From: an uncultured virus (IMG/VR IMGVR_UViG_3300021400_000004) | Lineage: Duplodnaviria > Heunggongvirae > Uroviricota > Caudoviricetes | DNA: 64,000 nt | IMG/VR virus record: IMGVR_UViG_3300021400_000004 | Reading direction: 5' to 3' (one strand) | Part shown: in pieces, positions 18,267-27,180 of the stretch | Numbering within the stretch: position 1 is the first letter of the stretch | Layout: each line of letters starts with the position of its first letter | Made by a program: the position numbers and the translations under genes | The notes under the pieces: generated by a model | What the model was told of the DNA's origin: nothing | The model's database searches: none | What the model saw: only the letters and a program-made list of their open reading frames with translations

Positions 18267-18519
18267 AGGCTTTTTCCTCTCTTCCTTAAAACAAGTTTTT
18301 TAGTTCCGCAAGTCACCTTGCAAGTGTAGAATATCAAATTGCGGTTATAATGTCAACACTTTTTTTAAAAATTTTTTTTACTTTTTGAAAAATGACGTTT
18401 TTGCGTTGTTTTTAAGGGTATTGTTTTTTTAAGGTCCACAATAAAAGGAAAAACAACAAACAATCAAAAAATCAAAACTCAATTTTAGAAGATTTGAACC
18501 ACTATATACAAACATATGG

Positions 18520-18556
18520 CGGCCTGCAAGCGAAGTGAACTGTCGCCACCAGGCCG
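18520..18556 (+). ncRNA. Hairpin-family element 12
   Basis: CGGCCTG-CAA-GCG-AAGTGAACTGT-CGC-CAC-CAGGCCG; identical to 19550-19586. Confidence 0.6.
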
Positions 18557-18630
18557 ACGTTCAACCATTTATATTTTCATACTTAAAGGGTATGGATATT
18601 ATCCATACCCTTTTTATTTAGGGGACTGCT

Positions 18631-18924
18631 TTAGTAGAAGCAGTCCCAATCCATATCCCCGTATCCCATACCCAATCCGCTGAATGGGATTGAAGAGTAC
18701 TTCCTCTCAAGGAAGCATCTTGATTCAGGTCCATAGATGCTTTCCCATACCGCCTGAAGCTTGCGGTTGGTTTCCTGCTCCCATACAAGGAATGCATACC
18801 ACATAGCGGTATCATTTTCGTCAAAGTCAGGAAAAGTATATTCCTGCTCAAGTTCTGGAGCACCATATGCTCTCATGTCATCACCAAGTTCATTTCTTAC
18901 CATAACTACATATACTCTACTCAT
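18631..18924 (-). CDS. Acidic hypothetical protein
   Basis: Start MSRVYVV after a split SD. Confidence 0.6.
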   Translation of the reverse strand: MSRVYVVMVRNELGDDMRAYGAPELEQEYTFPDFDENDTAMWYAFLVWEQETNRKLQAVWESIYGPESRCFLERKYSSIPFSGLGMGYGDMDWDCFY

Positions 18925-19004
18925 AAAATTCACCTTTCCGCCTTAAGGCGTCCTTTCCTTTTTTTGATATTCGGGCGGCGGCTCTGACCACCGCCCATTG
19001 TGTT

Positions 19005-19223
19005 CTACCAGTCTAAATCCTTGGAGAGAATAACCTCTCCAAGCTTCTCAAGTAGGGTCTCAAGAGTTATCCATGTATTGATAGAGATAACTTTTGTCTG
19101 AAGAGCCATATGGCTCATTCCACGAAGTCTTCCTAAACGGTACTGGTATTCACAGAACCTCTTACTTGTTTTGGCTTCTTCAAACCACCACCTGAAATCC
19201 TCAAAAAACTCTTTAACGTCCAT
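19005..19223 (-). CDS. Hypothetical early protein
   Basis: Start MDVKEFF after GAAAGGTGG. Confidence 0.55.
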   Translation of the reverse strand: MDVKEFFEDFRWWFEEAKTSKRFCEYQYRLGRLRGMSHMALQTKVISINTWITLETLLEKLGEVILSKDLDW

Positions 19224-19533
19224 AAAAAACCACCTTTCCCCTTGCCTTGCAAGGAATATAAAATTATCAAAGTACCCTGTCAAGTCGTCCTTGACAATAC
19301 CCACTTTAAACCATTACAAAAAATTTGTCAATACCTTTTTTCAAAAATTTTTCAAAAAATTTTTTTTGTTGTTTTTCAATCTTTTAAAACCTTTAAAAAC
19401 AATAATTATTTGTTGTTATAAAAAATTTAAAAAAAATAAAAATTGATCTTTTTTTTTACTGTGAAAGATCTTTTTTGTGAAAACAAAAAACAACAAATAA
19501 ACAGAAAAATCAAAATTTAATTTTTTAGAATAG

Positions 19534-19586
19534 TGTTATAATCATTTAGCGGCCTGCAAGCGAAGTGAACTGTCGCCACCAGGCCG
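19534..19586 (+). ncRNA. Hairpin-family element 13 with extended -10 promoter
   Basis: TGTTATAAT followed 7 nt later by an exact copy of element 12. Confidence 0.6.
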
Positions 19587-19860
19587 ACAAATTCCTAAGA
19601 ACTCATATATACTTGTTTATGGTAACGCGAACCTGCTTCGCGCAATTCTTTTCTCTTAAAAACAAGAAAACTGAAAAACTTATTTATTTCAAAGTTTTTC
19701 AGTTTTCCTTTTGTTTGGCTTTACAGTAAAACTACTGTAAAGCCTTCCTTCTGAAGTTTTGTTATCTCTTCAGTAGAGAAAATCTCTACTAAACCGATAA
19801 CCATTCCATTTAAACTAATTCTTGCCATTTTTTATTTACCTCTTCTTTCCTTTTATATTC

Positions 19861-20139
19861 ACTCTTGCAAGTCTTTAAATTAAACTTGCAAGAGTTTTTT
19901 AATTTATTTATTGCTTGTAAATATTTCTACATTTGTTACCTTTATTTCACTGTTAAAATAGTGTTCAGTAATAAGTTTACCTATTGCTTGATAAACTGTA
20001 ATTTCTGTTAAAGGAAAAACATTCGTTACAATTGATTCATCTTCAAACTTAATTCTGTAATTATATTTCATAATTTTTTCTCCTTTTTATTTAAAAAATT
20101 TTTTCTTTACTCTTGCAAGTCTTAAAGACTTGCAAGAGT
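19861..20139. repeat. Twin hairpins ACTCTTGCAAGT...ACTTGCAAGAGT
   Basis: Near-identical stems at ~19861-19895 and ~20109-20139, each followed by a T-run on the + strand. Confidence 0.6.
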
Positions 20140-20156
20140 TTTTATTTTGTTAGAGC

Positions 20157-20333
20157 TTACAGAGTCTCTACTCTGTAAACTCTGCCGCCCTTAAGGTAGG
20201 CGATAACATCAGGCTCGCCAACCTTTGCGAACTCTATTGAGTTCTTTGTCTCAACTATCGGGTAGAAGCCAAGGCACTCTGCCCAAATCTTCAACGTAAC
20301 GCTATTCATTTTCTCAATAACTCCTAATTCCAT
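20157..20333 (-). CDS. Small early protein
   Basis: Start MELGVIEK after a split SD. Confidence 0.55.
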   Translation of the reverse strand: MELGVIEKMNSVTLKIWAECLGFYPIVETKNSIEFAKVGEPDVIAYLKGGRVYRVETL

Positions 20334-20606
20334 AATGTTCACCCTTGCGGTTGCCTTACAACCGCCCTTTCCTAAAAAATTTTCCGTTCCTTTCGGAACT
20401 GTCTTTACTATACACCCATTCAAAAAATGTGTCAACACTTTTTTTAAAAATTTTTCAAAAAATTTTTTTGCTTTTAAAAATAACAGTTTTTCGTCATTCT
20501 GAAAACAATAAAAAAAGATTGTTTTGCCTTTTTGTGATCTGATCAGCAAAACAATCTGTCAAGAGTTGAAACTAAAGTTTTTCAAACCTAATTCTATTAT
20601 GTCTAG

Positions 20607-20643
20607 CGGTGTACCAACGAGCAAAGCTGTCGTCGCCACGCCG
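20607..20643 (+). ncRNA. Hairpin-family element 14 (diverged)
   Basis: CGGTGT-ACCA-ACG-AGCAAAGCTGT-CGT-CGCC-ACGCCG; 37 nt. Confidence 0.5.
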
Positions 20644-20742
20644 AGCTAAATTGACGTACATAAAAAATTTTTTAAGTAGGTAGCAGGGGGTGTATTATGT
20701 GAATATAAAGAATGTACGTTCTATTTATCCTTTTGGCACCCC

Positions 20743-20837
20743 AATTCTCAGAGAAAATAATTTTTGAATTGAAATAACGAAAGTAATTCTTAAATCTGAA
20801 TTCTCAGAGAAAATATTTTTTTTAATCGAATAACGAA
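20743..20837. repeat. Imperfect 39-bp direct repeat
   Basis: AATTCTCAGAGAAAATA...TAACGAA at 20743 and 20799. Confidence 0.6.
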
Positions 20838-20880
20838 TCCTCTAAAAAATTACACACCTACCCTCTATTCCAATTACGAA

Positions 20881-21366
20881 TTAAACGTATTTCTTACTTA
20901 GTTCTTTGTCCTTCTCTTTTTCATAATTAATCTTCTCCATATCTGGATCTTCAATACTCCCTTCCAATCCCTCATCTTCAATAACTAAAATATCAAATTG
21001 AGTTTCTCCAAAAACATAAAATAATAATTCATAAATTTCATTCCATTCAAACTCTTCAAAATCTTTCTCTGCAAAAAGTAATTTACAAGGTCGAAATGTA
21101 TTTCTTATATTTATTAACCCTTCAAGTAATCTATTTTTAGTAACAGTTTTCTGATAACCGCATACAATTAAAAAAATCAAATTCTTCAAAAGAAAATGCG
21201 CAAACCCATGTCCGTTCCATCCATCGAGCGCTTGCGGATTCACCTTATATTTTTCCTTTATGCGCGGACCGACCCCTCTTTCCATGCTACACTTATTATC
21301 ACTTAAATAAACTAAAATCCTATCATCATAATCAAATATATTTCCTTCTCTTTTATTATAAACCAT
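20881..21366 (-). CDS. Degenerate macrodomain-like protein
   Basis: EGNIFD...SDNKCSMERGVGPRIKEKY...LIFLIV...EWNEIYELL matches the TARG1/Poa1p-type layout. Confidence 0.45.
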   Translation of the reverse strand: MVYNKREGNIFDYDDRILVYLSDNKCSMERGVGPRIKEKYKVNPQALDGWNGHGFAHFLLKNLIFLIVCGYQKTVTKNRLLEGLINIRNTFRPCKLLFAEKDFEEFEWNEIYELLFYVFGETQFDILVIEDEGLEGSIEDPDMEKINYEKEKDKELSKKYV

Positions 21367-21408
21367 GCGCGAACGCGGCCTCATGACGCCTCAAAGCTCG
21401 CCTGCCGC
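21367..21408 (-). repeat. Dispersed site, copy 2
   Basis: 21-bp exact match to copy 1 (GAGCTTTGAGGCGTCATGAGG) in inverted orientation. Confidence 0.7.
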
Positions 21409-21482
21409 ATCTCCTTTCTAAATATTTTCTAATATAATTATATATTATTTTTTCTTTTTTGTCAAATTTGCCCAAAAAGACC

Positions 21483-21511
21483 TTGACAAAAGAAAAATTT
21501 TTTAGTATAAT
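21483..21511 (+). promoter_or_regulatory. sigmaA-type promoter
   Basis: TTGACA-N17-TATAAT upstream of 21542. Confidence 0.8.
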
Positions 21512-21541
21512 GAATATATAAAATAAGAAAGGAGATTTCCA

Positions 21542-22669
21542 ATGCAAAGTACAAAAGAAAAGCAAGAAGATTCTGAAAGAATTAAACTTGATTATACAAT
21601 TACAGACCCTTCAGAAAGAATTGCATTAGTTAATCAAATTATTGAGAATACTCCTTCAGAAAAAATGACTAATAAATATTTAGATGTTTTAGCTGATTAT
21701 ATCATTTTTACTATGAATAAAAAAGAAAATGATAAAAAGATTATTACTAAAAATAGAAAAAATGCTACCATAGACAAACGGGAAACAAGCTTAGAAGGTT
21801 TAGCTATGATTTTTAGTAATGATGAAGGAAATAGTAATTCTTTAAGAGAAGATAGTCTTTATAATTTAATTATAGATAATGATAAAAATATTATTCTCAC
21901 ACCAAAAATTTCTATTACAGAAGAAGATATTGAAGAAGTTCCAGGGTTGCGCGAACTGGTAGATGAAATTCATAGATTAGAAAGCTGTCTTCAAACAGCA
22001 ACAGGGCGCGCCCGCTATTCAATTAAAAAGAACATAATAGAATTAAGAAAAGATCAATATGTTCTTAAAATGTCTTATAAAAAACCTATCGCGTGTATTA
22101 ACGCAACTAAATCCGCATCAAAACTAAATCTTTATGAAAATATATCTATAAATGAAGATGATCTTACTATTGATGCAAATGTTTCGTTACTCATTCCCGC
22201 GCACGTTTCCGCAATTTTATGTAATTATTCAAAAATAAAACAAGAATGTTATGGAAAGTTTGAATCAGATATGTATTATCTTATTCTTTCTCTTGAAGAA
22301 TTAATATTGCGCGCGCTTGAAGATTATCCTCTTTATTATGACTTATTAGTTTATAAAATTGATGGATTACAAAATACTGATATTCAAAGAGAATTAGAGA
22401 TGACTTTTGGAATTAGATATTCTGTTGAATATATATCATCTTTATGGAGAAATAAAATACCTAAATTAATAGCTGAACAAGCTCAAAAAGAATGGCTTGA
22501 ATGGCATTATACAGAAAAAGAAAAAGGACATTGGAAAAAATGTAGTAGATGTGGACAAATTAAATTAGGACATACAAAGTTTTTTTCAAAAAATAAGACT
22601 TCAAAAGACGGATGGTATAGTATCTGTAAAGATTGTCGAAATAAAAAAGTAGGGGCGGTGAAAGATTAA
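21542..22669 (+). CDS. Phage protein with HTH-like region and C-terminal Cys4 zinc finger
   Basis: CSRC...CKDC; first gene of the packaging cluster. Confidence 0.6.
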   Translation: MQSTKEKQEDSERIKLDYTITDPSERIALVNQIIENTPSEKMTNKYLDVLADYIIFTMNKKENDKKIITKNRKNATIDKRETSLEGLAMIFSNDEGNSNSLREDSLYNLIIDNDKNIILTPKISITEEDIEEVPGLRELVDEIHRLESCLQTATGRARYSIKKNIIELRKDQYVLKMSYKKPIACINATKSASKLNLYENISINEDDLTIDANVSLLIPAHVSAILCNYSKIKQECYGKFESDMYYLILSLEELILRALEDYPLYYDLLVYKIDGLQNTDIQRELEMTFGIRYSVEYISSLWRNKIPKLIAEQAQKEWLEWHYTEKEKGHWKKCSRCGQIKLGHTKFFSKNKTSKDGWYSICKDCRNKKVGAVKD

Positions 22670-23958
22670 TGGCAACATTAAAAGATGGCGCGACTCCAAA
22701 ACAAAAATACACTTGTTCAAGATGTAAAAAAACTATGTCTGAAATTAAATTTTATAAGCATAGAGATGGAACGCATGATGAAATGTGTAAAGATTGCCTT
22801 TGCGCGCACATAAATAATTTTGAACCAGATACTTTTACTTGGATTCTTCAAAGAATGGATGTTCCTTATATTCCTCCTGAATGGAATATATTAAGAGATA
22901 AAAAATTTCAAGAAGATCCTAAAGGCGGGACTGGGGGATCCGCAGTTATGGGCAAGTATTTGGCGAAAATGAAGCTCAAACAGTGGTATGATAAAGAAAC
23001 GGGAAAACCTTATACTTGGGCGGATTCTGAAAGAATTATGAAAGAAAAGTATTCAGATGTTGAAGCAGAAATGACAGAAGAAGATAAAGCTGAAGAAGAA
23101 GCACGTAACGAAGAACTAAAAAAAGCTTTTGCAGAAGGAGTTATTTCAGAAGCAGAATATAAAACTTTAGCTTCAACAGAAAGTCAAAAAGAAAATCTTC
23201 AAAGTCCATCTAATCCTAGTGGAGTAGATGTTTTTAATCTACCTGGCGGCGGGCAGGTGGTTGGAGATACATTTGACGCAGGATATATATCTGAAGACGA
23301 GCTTCCAGACCCCGCAGCTGAATTAACTGACGAAGATAAAATTTATTTAGCTATGAAATGGGGCAGATTATATAAACCTAATGAGTGGATTGAACTTGAA
23401 AAGAAGTACACTGAAATGATGGATTCATTTGATATTCAAGATGCGGACTCCCGCAATACATTAATTCTAATGTGCAAAACTGACTTAAAAATGAATCAGG
23501 CTATTGATTGTGGAGACGTAGATGGCTATCAAAAGCTTGCGCGAGTTAGTGATGGATTAAGAAAATCTGGTAAGTTTACTGCCGCACAGAATAAAGATAA
23601 AGATAATGATCAAATTTCATGTGTAGGACAAATTGTTGCTTTCTGTGAAAGAGAAGAAGGTTTTATCCCAAGATTTGTAACAGATGTTCCTCAAGATATA
23701 ATTGATGTAATAATTCAAGATAATCAAAAATATCTATATAATTTAGTAACAAAAGATTTAGGTTTTGGTCAACAGATAGAAAATTATTTAAAGAAAATAC
23801 AATTAGAACATGAAGCTCTTGAAGGAGAAGTTGGAGTAGAAGATGATGAAATCCAAGATGAAGATATTGCAAAATATTATGAAAGAATTGAAGAAGAACG
23901 AAAAGAAGATAGTTTAGTAACTCAAGAGTCAAATGCATATGAAAAGGAAGGTGATTAA
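22669..23958 (+). CDS. Zinc-finger protein, possible terminase small subunit
   Basis: N-terminal CSRC...CKDC; directly upstream of TerL. Confidence 0.45.
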   Translation: MATLKDGATPKQKYTCSRCKKTMSEIKFYKHRDGTHDEMCKDCLCAHINNFEPDTFTWILQRMDVPYIPPEWNILRDKKFQEDPKGGTGGSAVMGKYLAKMKLKQWYDKETGKPYTWADSERIMKEKYSDVEAEMTEEDKAEEEARNEELKKAFAEGVISEAEYKTLASTESQKENLQSPSNPSGVDVFNLPGGGQVVGDTFDAGYISEDELPDPAAELTDEDKIYLAMKWGRLYKPNEWIELEKKYTEMMDSFDIQDADSRNTLILMCKTDLKMNQAIDCGDVDGYQKLARVSDGLRKSGKFTAAQNKDKDNDQISCVGQIVAFCEREEGFIPRFVTDVPQDIIDVIIQDNQKYLYNLVTKDLGFGQQIENYLKKIQLEHEALEGEVGVEDDEIQDEDIAKYYERIEEERKEDSLVTQESNAYEKEGD

Positions 23959-24564
23959 ATGGGGTTAGCAGATTTAATCGCCTTATCAACAAATAAAGCT
24001 AATCAAAAGATAGGTGTTTCTGAAGAGCGGTTGCGGGCTTGTTTGCCTGAATTAAGAAAAGCAATAAGTTTTTATAGAGAATATCCTGACATGTATATAG
24101 ATTTTTGTGTCGAATGCAGTGGCGGAAAAGGTAAAGTTTTACATTTATATACTTATCAAAGAGTTTTTTTAAGACAAGCTATGCGTTATCGACACGTATA
24201 TGCAGTTTATCCGCGTGCTTATTCTAAATCATTTTTATCAGTATTAGTTTTAATGCTTAGATGTATCTTTTATCCAGGATGTCATTTGTTTGTTACTACT
24301 GGCGGTAAGGAGCAAGCTACAGGAATTGTTCGAGAGAAAGCTGAGGAATTATGTAAACTTGTTCCAGGGTTAGCGAATGAAGTAAATTTTGATAGAGGTA
24401 AATCTAAATCTTCAAAAGAAGAATTTAGTTATTTATTTAAAAATGGAAGTATTCTTGATGTTATGGCCGCAAGACAAAGTTCGAGAGGTCGAAGAGCGAC
24501 TGGTGGACTTATAGAAGAGGTTATACTGGTAGATGGAACCTTACTTAATGAAGTAATAATCCCT
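23959..24564 (+). CDS. terL: Terminase large subunit, exon 1
   Basis: YQRVFL, PRAYSKS Walker-A variant, RGRR, LIEEV Walker-B; ends EVIIP. Confidence 0.85.
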
Positions 24565-25591
24565 AGATTTTGGGGCGCAGCAGCGTGAGTTGCTGATGAA
24601 AACGGCGTGAACCTAAGAAAAAAGGGTGTGCCTAAAAGGTGCTAACGGTGAAGAGTCAAGAACACCGTGCTAAGCTCTAGCAATAGAGAAAGTGTAGAGA
24701 CTATGGGTGATGAGTGTAGCCCAGTAGGATGGATTTTATCACCATCCCAAGTGCGCCGCAACTATAATTTTTTGGACATTTTTAGTAAAATTTATTATTA
24801 AATTTTTCAATATTAATAGAAGGAATAATTTGGTAATAATGGAGGTACTAAAAATGTGGAAAAAATACATTTATAATGAAAAAGAAACTGATTACAGTAT
24901 TTCAACAGAAGGAGAAGTAAGAAAAGACAGTACTAATCATATGTTATCTCAATCTACTCAACAGCAATATAAATTTGTTACTTTACTATTAGAAGATAAA
25001 AAACAAAAGAGAATGAGAGTACATAGACTAGTTGCTGAAACTTTTATTCCTAATCCTGAAAATAAACCTTATGTAAATCATAAAGATGGTAATAGAAGTA
25101 ATAATAATGTTGAGAATTTAGAATGGGTTACTCCTTCTGAAAATACTCAACATGCATTTGACACAGGTTTAATTAAACCTGGAAGAGGTAGACAAGTTAC
25201 TCAATATGATTTACAAGGTAATGAAATGATGACTTTCTCAAGTTTAGCAGAAGCAGCAAGAGAGACAAACAGTAATCAGGCAAAAATAACTTTATGTTGT
25301 CAAAAGAAACGTAATACTCATAACGATTATCAATGGAGATATACTGACGACCCTGATAAAAACATAAAAGCCGTACCTAAGCAAGTCTATACAGGGAAAA
25401 AAGTTGCTCAATGTGATGAAGAAGGTAATATTCTTAATATATATAATAGTTTTAAAGAAGCTGCAAGAGCAGTTGATGGTACTTCTTCTGCAATTAGTCG
25501 AGTATGCAGCGGAACTAATATAAGACATAAAGGTTATAAATGGAAAATAGTTGAAGAGATAGTCCAAGAAGATATTTAAAATATCTTCTTG
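24565..25591 (+). mobile_element. Group I intron in terL
   Basis: Exon ends in U and can pair with GGGG (P1); ACACCGTGCTAAG, TGTAGAGACTA and GAAGAGATAGTCC core elements; P9 hairpin; terminal G at 25591; splicing restores EVIIP|TMNVDR. Confidence 0.85.
24854..25579 (+). CDS. Intron-encoded HNH homing endonuclease with NUMOD-type repeats
   Basis: VHRLVAETF...VNHKDGNRSNNNVENLEW; two C-terminal F.S..EAAR repeats. Confidence 0.9.
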   Translation: MWKKYIYNEKETDYSISTEGEVRKDSTNHMLSQSTQQQYKFVTLLLEDKKQKRMRVHRLVAETFIPNPENKPYVNHKDGNRSNNNVENLEWVTPSENTQHAFDTGLIKPGRGRQVTQYDLQGNEMMTFSSLAEAARETNSNQAKITLCCQKKRNTHNDYQWRYTDDPDKNIKAVPKQVYTGKKVAQCDEEGNILNIYNSFKEAARAVDGTSSAISRVCSGTNIRHKGYKWKIVEEIVQEDI

Positions 25592-26731
25592 ACTATGAAC
25601 GTAGATAGACTTCTTCCTGATGGTACTAGACGAGAGGAAGAAATCATTAATAAGAGTCAGATATATGTGACGACAGCAGGCTGGAAAAATACTTTCCCTT
25701 ATGAAAAATTAATGATGATTTTACTTGAACAAGTAACAAATAGTGAAAGTTCAGTGGTAATGGGGGGAACATGGCGGATTCCGGTTGCAGAAGGCTTGCT
25801 AGCTAAAAACTTTATTCAACAGTTAAAACTTGATGGTACATATAATGATAGTTCATTTGGAAGAGAATATGAATCTGAATGGAGCGGAGATGCGGAAAAT
25901 GCTTATTTCTCGTCAGAGATTTTTGATAAATATCGTATTCTTTTACAGCCAGAATATGAATTTAGCGGAAGAAGTAGTAAAACCGCATATTATGTGCTTG
26001 GTATAGACGTTGGTAGAAAAGGTTGTACTACAGAATGTGTAGTAATTAAAGTAACGCCGCAACCGCAAGGAACCTCACTGAAGTCTGTTGTAAATATATA
26101 TTCCTGGGAAGAAGAACATTTTGAACAGCAAGCTATAAATATTAAAAAATTATTTTATAAATATAAAGCAAGAGTTTGTGCTATTGATGCAAATGGTCTT
26201 GGTATTGGACTCATAGACTATATGATTAAAACTCAAATAGATCCCGAAACTGGAGATGTGTTACCGCCTTTTGGGATTGATAATATTGCAGATTATCCAG
26301 AGTATAAAAAATATAAAACTCCTGAAACTGAGAAAGATGCTATGTATCTTATTAAGGCGAATGCTCCTATTAACACAGAAGCACATAGTTATGTACAAAC
26401 TCAATTATCAAGTGGAAAAGTTAAGTTTTTAATAGATGAAACTACTGCAAAATTAAAATTAATGGATACTAAATTAGGACAAGGAATGACTCCTGAAAAG
26501 AGAGCAGAATATTTAATGCCTTTTACTCTTACTACTTCATTAAGAGAACAAATGCTAAATTTAGTAGAAGATAATGAAGGTGTTAATATTATATTAAAAC
26601 AATCTTCAAGAGGTACTCCTAAAGATAAGTTTTCTGCTTTTGAATATGGGATGTTGTTTATAAAGAAAGAAGAAGAAAAGAAACATAGAAGAAAAGGTCT
26701 TGGTATAGCTGATTTAATGTTATTTAATTAA
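25592..26731 (+). CDS. terL: Terminase large subunit, exon 2 (spliced product ~581 aa)
   Basis: YVTTAG motif III, REYESEW, LGIDVGR nuclease, IDANGLG, KDKFSAF. Confidence 0.85.
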   Translation, partial: TMNVDRLLPDGTRREEEIINKSQIYVTTAGWKNTFPYEKLMMILLEQVTNSESSVVMGGTWRIPVAEGLLAKNFIQQLKLDGTYNDSSFGREYESEWSGDAENAYFSSEIFDKYRILLQPEYEFSGRSSKTAYYVLGIDVGRKGCTTECVVIKVTPQPQGTSLKSVVNIYSWEEEHFEQQAINIKKLFYKYKARVCAIDANGLGIGLIDYMIKTQIDPETGDVLPPFGIDNIADYPEYKKYKTPETEKDAMYLIKANAPINTEAHSYVQTQLSSGKVKFLIDETTAKLKLMDTKLGQGMTPEKRAEYLMPFTLTTSLREQMLNLVEDNEGVNIILKQSSRGTPKDKFSAFEYGMLFIKKEEEKKHRRKGLGIADLMLFN

Positions 26732-26740
26732 AAAATTTTT

Positions 26741-26780
26741 GGTCAAAGTTTGTTAAAGTTAATTTATTAATTTTTATATA
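26741..26780 (+). promoter_or_regulatory. Candidate phage-specific promoter GGWCA-N29-TATAWA
   Basis: Same motif and spacing at 39356, 47886 and 6055 (minus strand); variant at 24774. Confidence 0.55.
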
Positions 26781-26806
26781 TATTATAGAGAAAGGAGAGC
26801 TTTGAT

Positions 26807-27163
26807 ATGAGAGCAAGTAGAGGTGAAATAACAATAGAAGAAATATTAACTGAAGCTGGATTAGAATTTCAAGAAGAATATAGTTTTAAAGATCTCCTGT
26901 CTAATACCGGACGCCCGCTTCGATTTGACTTTGCAGTTTTTGATGATGATGGAGCTTTAGATTTTCTTATTGAATATCAAGGTATTCAGCATTATCAACC
27001 AAAAGAAAAATTTGGTGGTTGGAGCGGTTTACGGAAACAGCAATTTAATGATTTGAAAAAAAGAGAATATTGTAAAAAACATAATCTTAAATTAGTTATA
27101 ATTCCTTATACTGATGAACCTATTTTAAGTTATGATTATATAATGAATTTAGCAGGATATTAA
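26807..27163 (+). CDS. PD-(D/E)xK / Vsr-like endonuclease-domain protein
   Basis: LRFDFAV...LIEYQGIQHY...DLKKREYC. Confidence 0.7.
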   Translation: MRASRGEITIEEILTEAGLEFQEEYSFKDLLSNTGRPLRFDFAVFDDDGALDFLIEYQGIQHYQPKEKFGGWSGLRKQQFNDLKKREYCKKHNLKLVIIPYTDEPILSYDYIMNLAGY

Positions 27164-27180
27164 AAAGGAGGATTAAGATT

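Noticed and set aside
24565..25591. Intein or two separate terminase genes
   Set aside because: An in-frame stop and group I core elements indicate an RNA intron.
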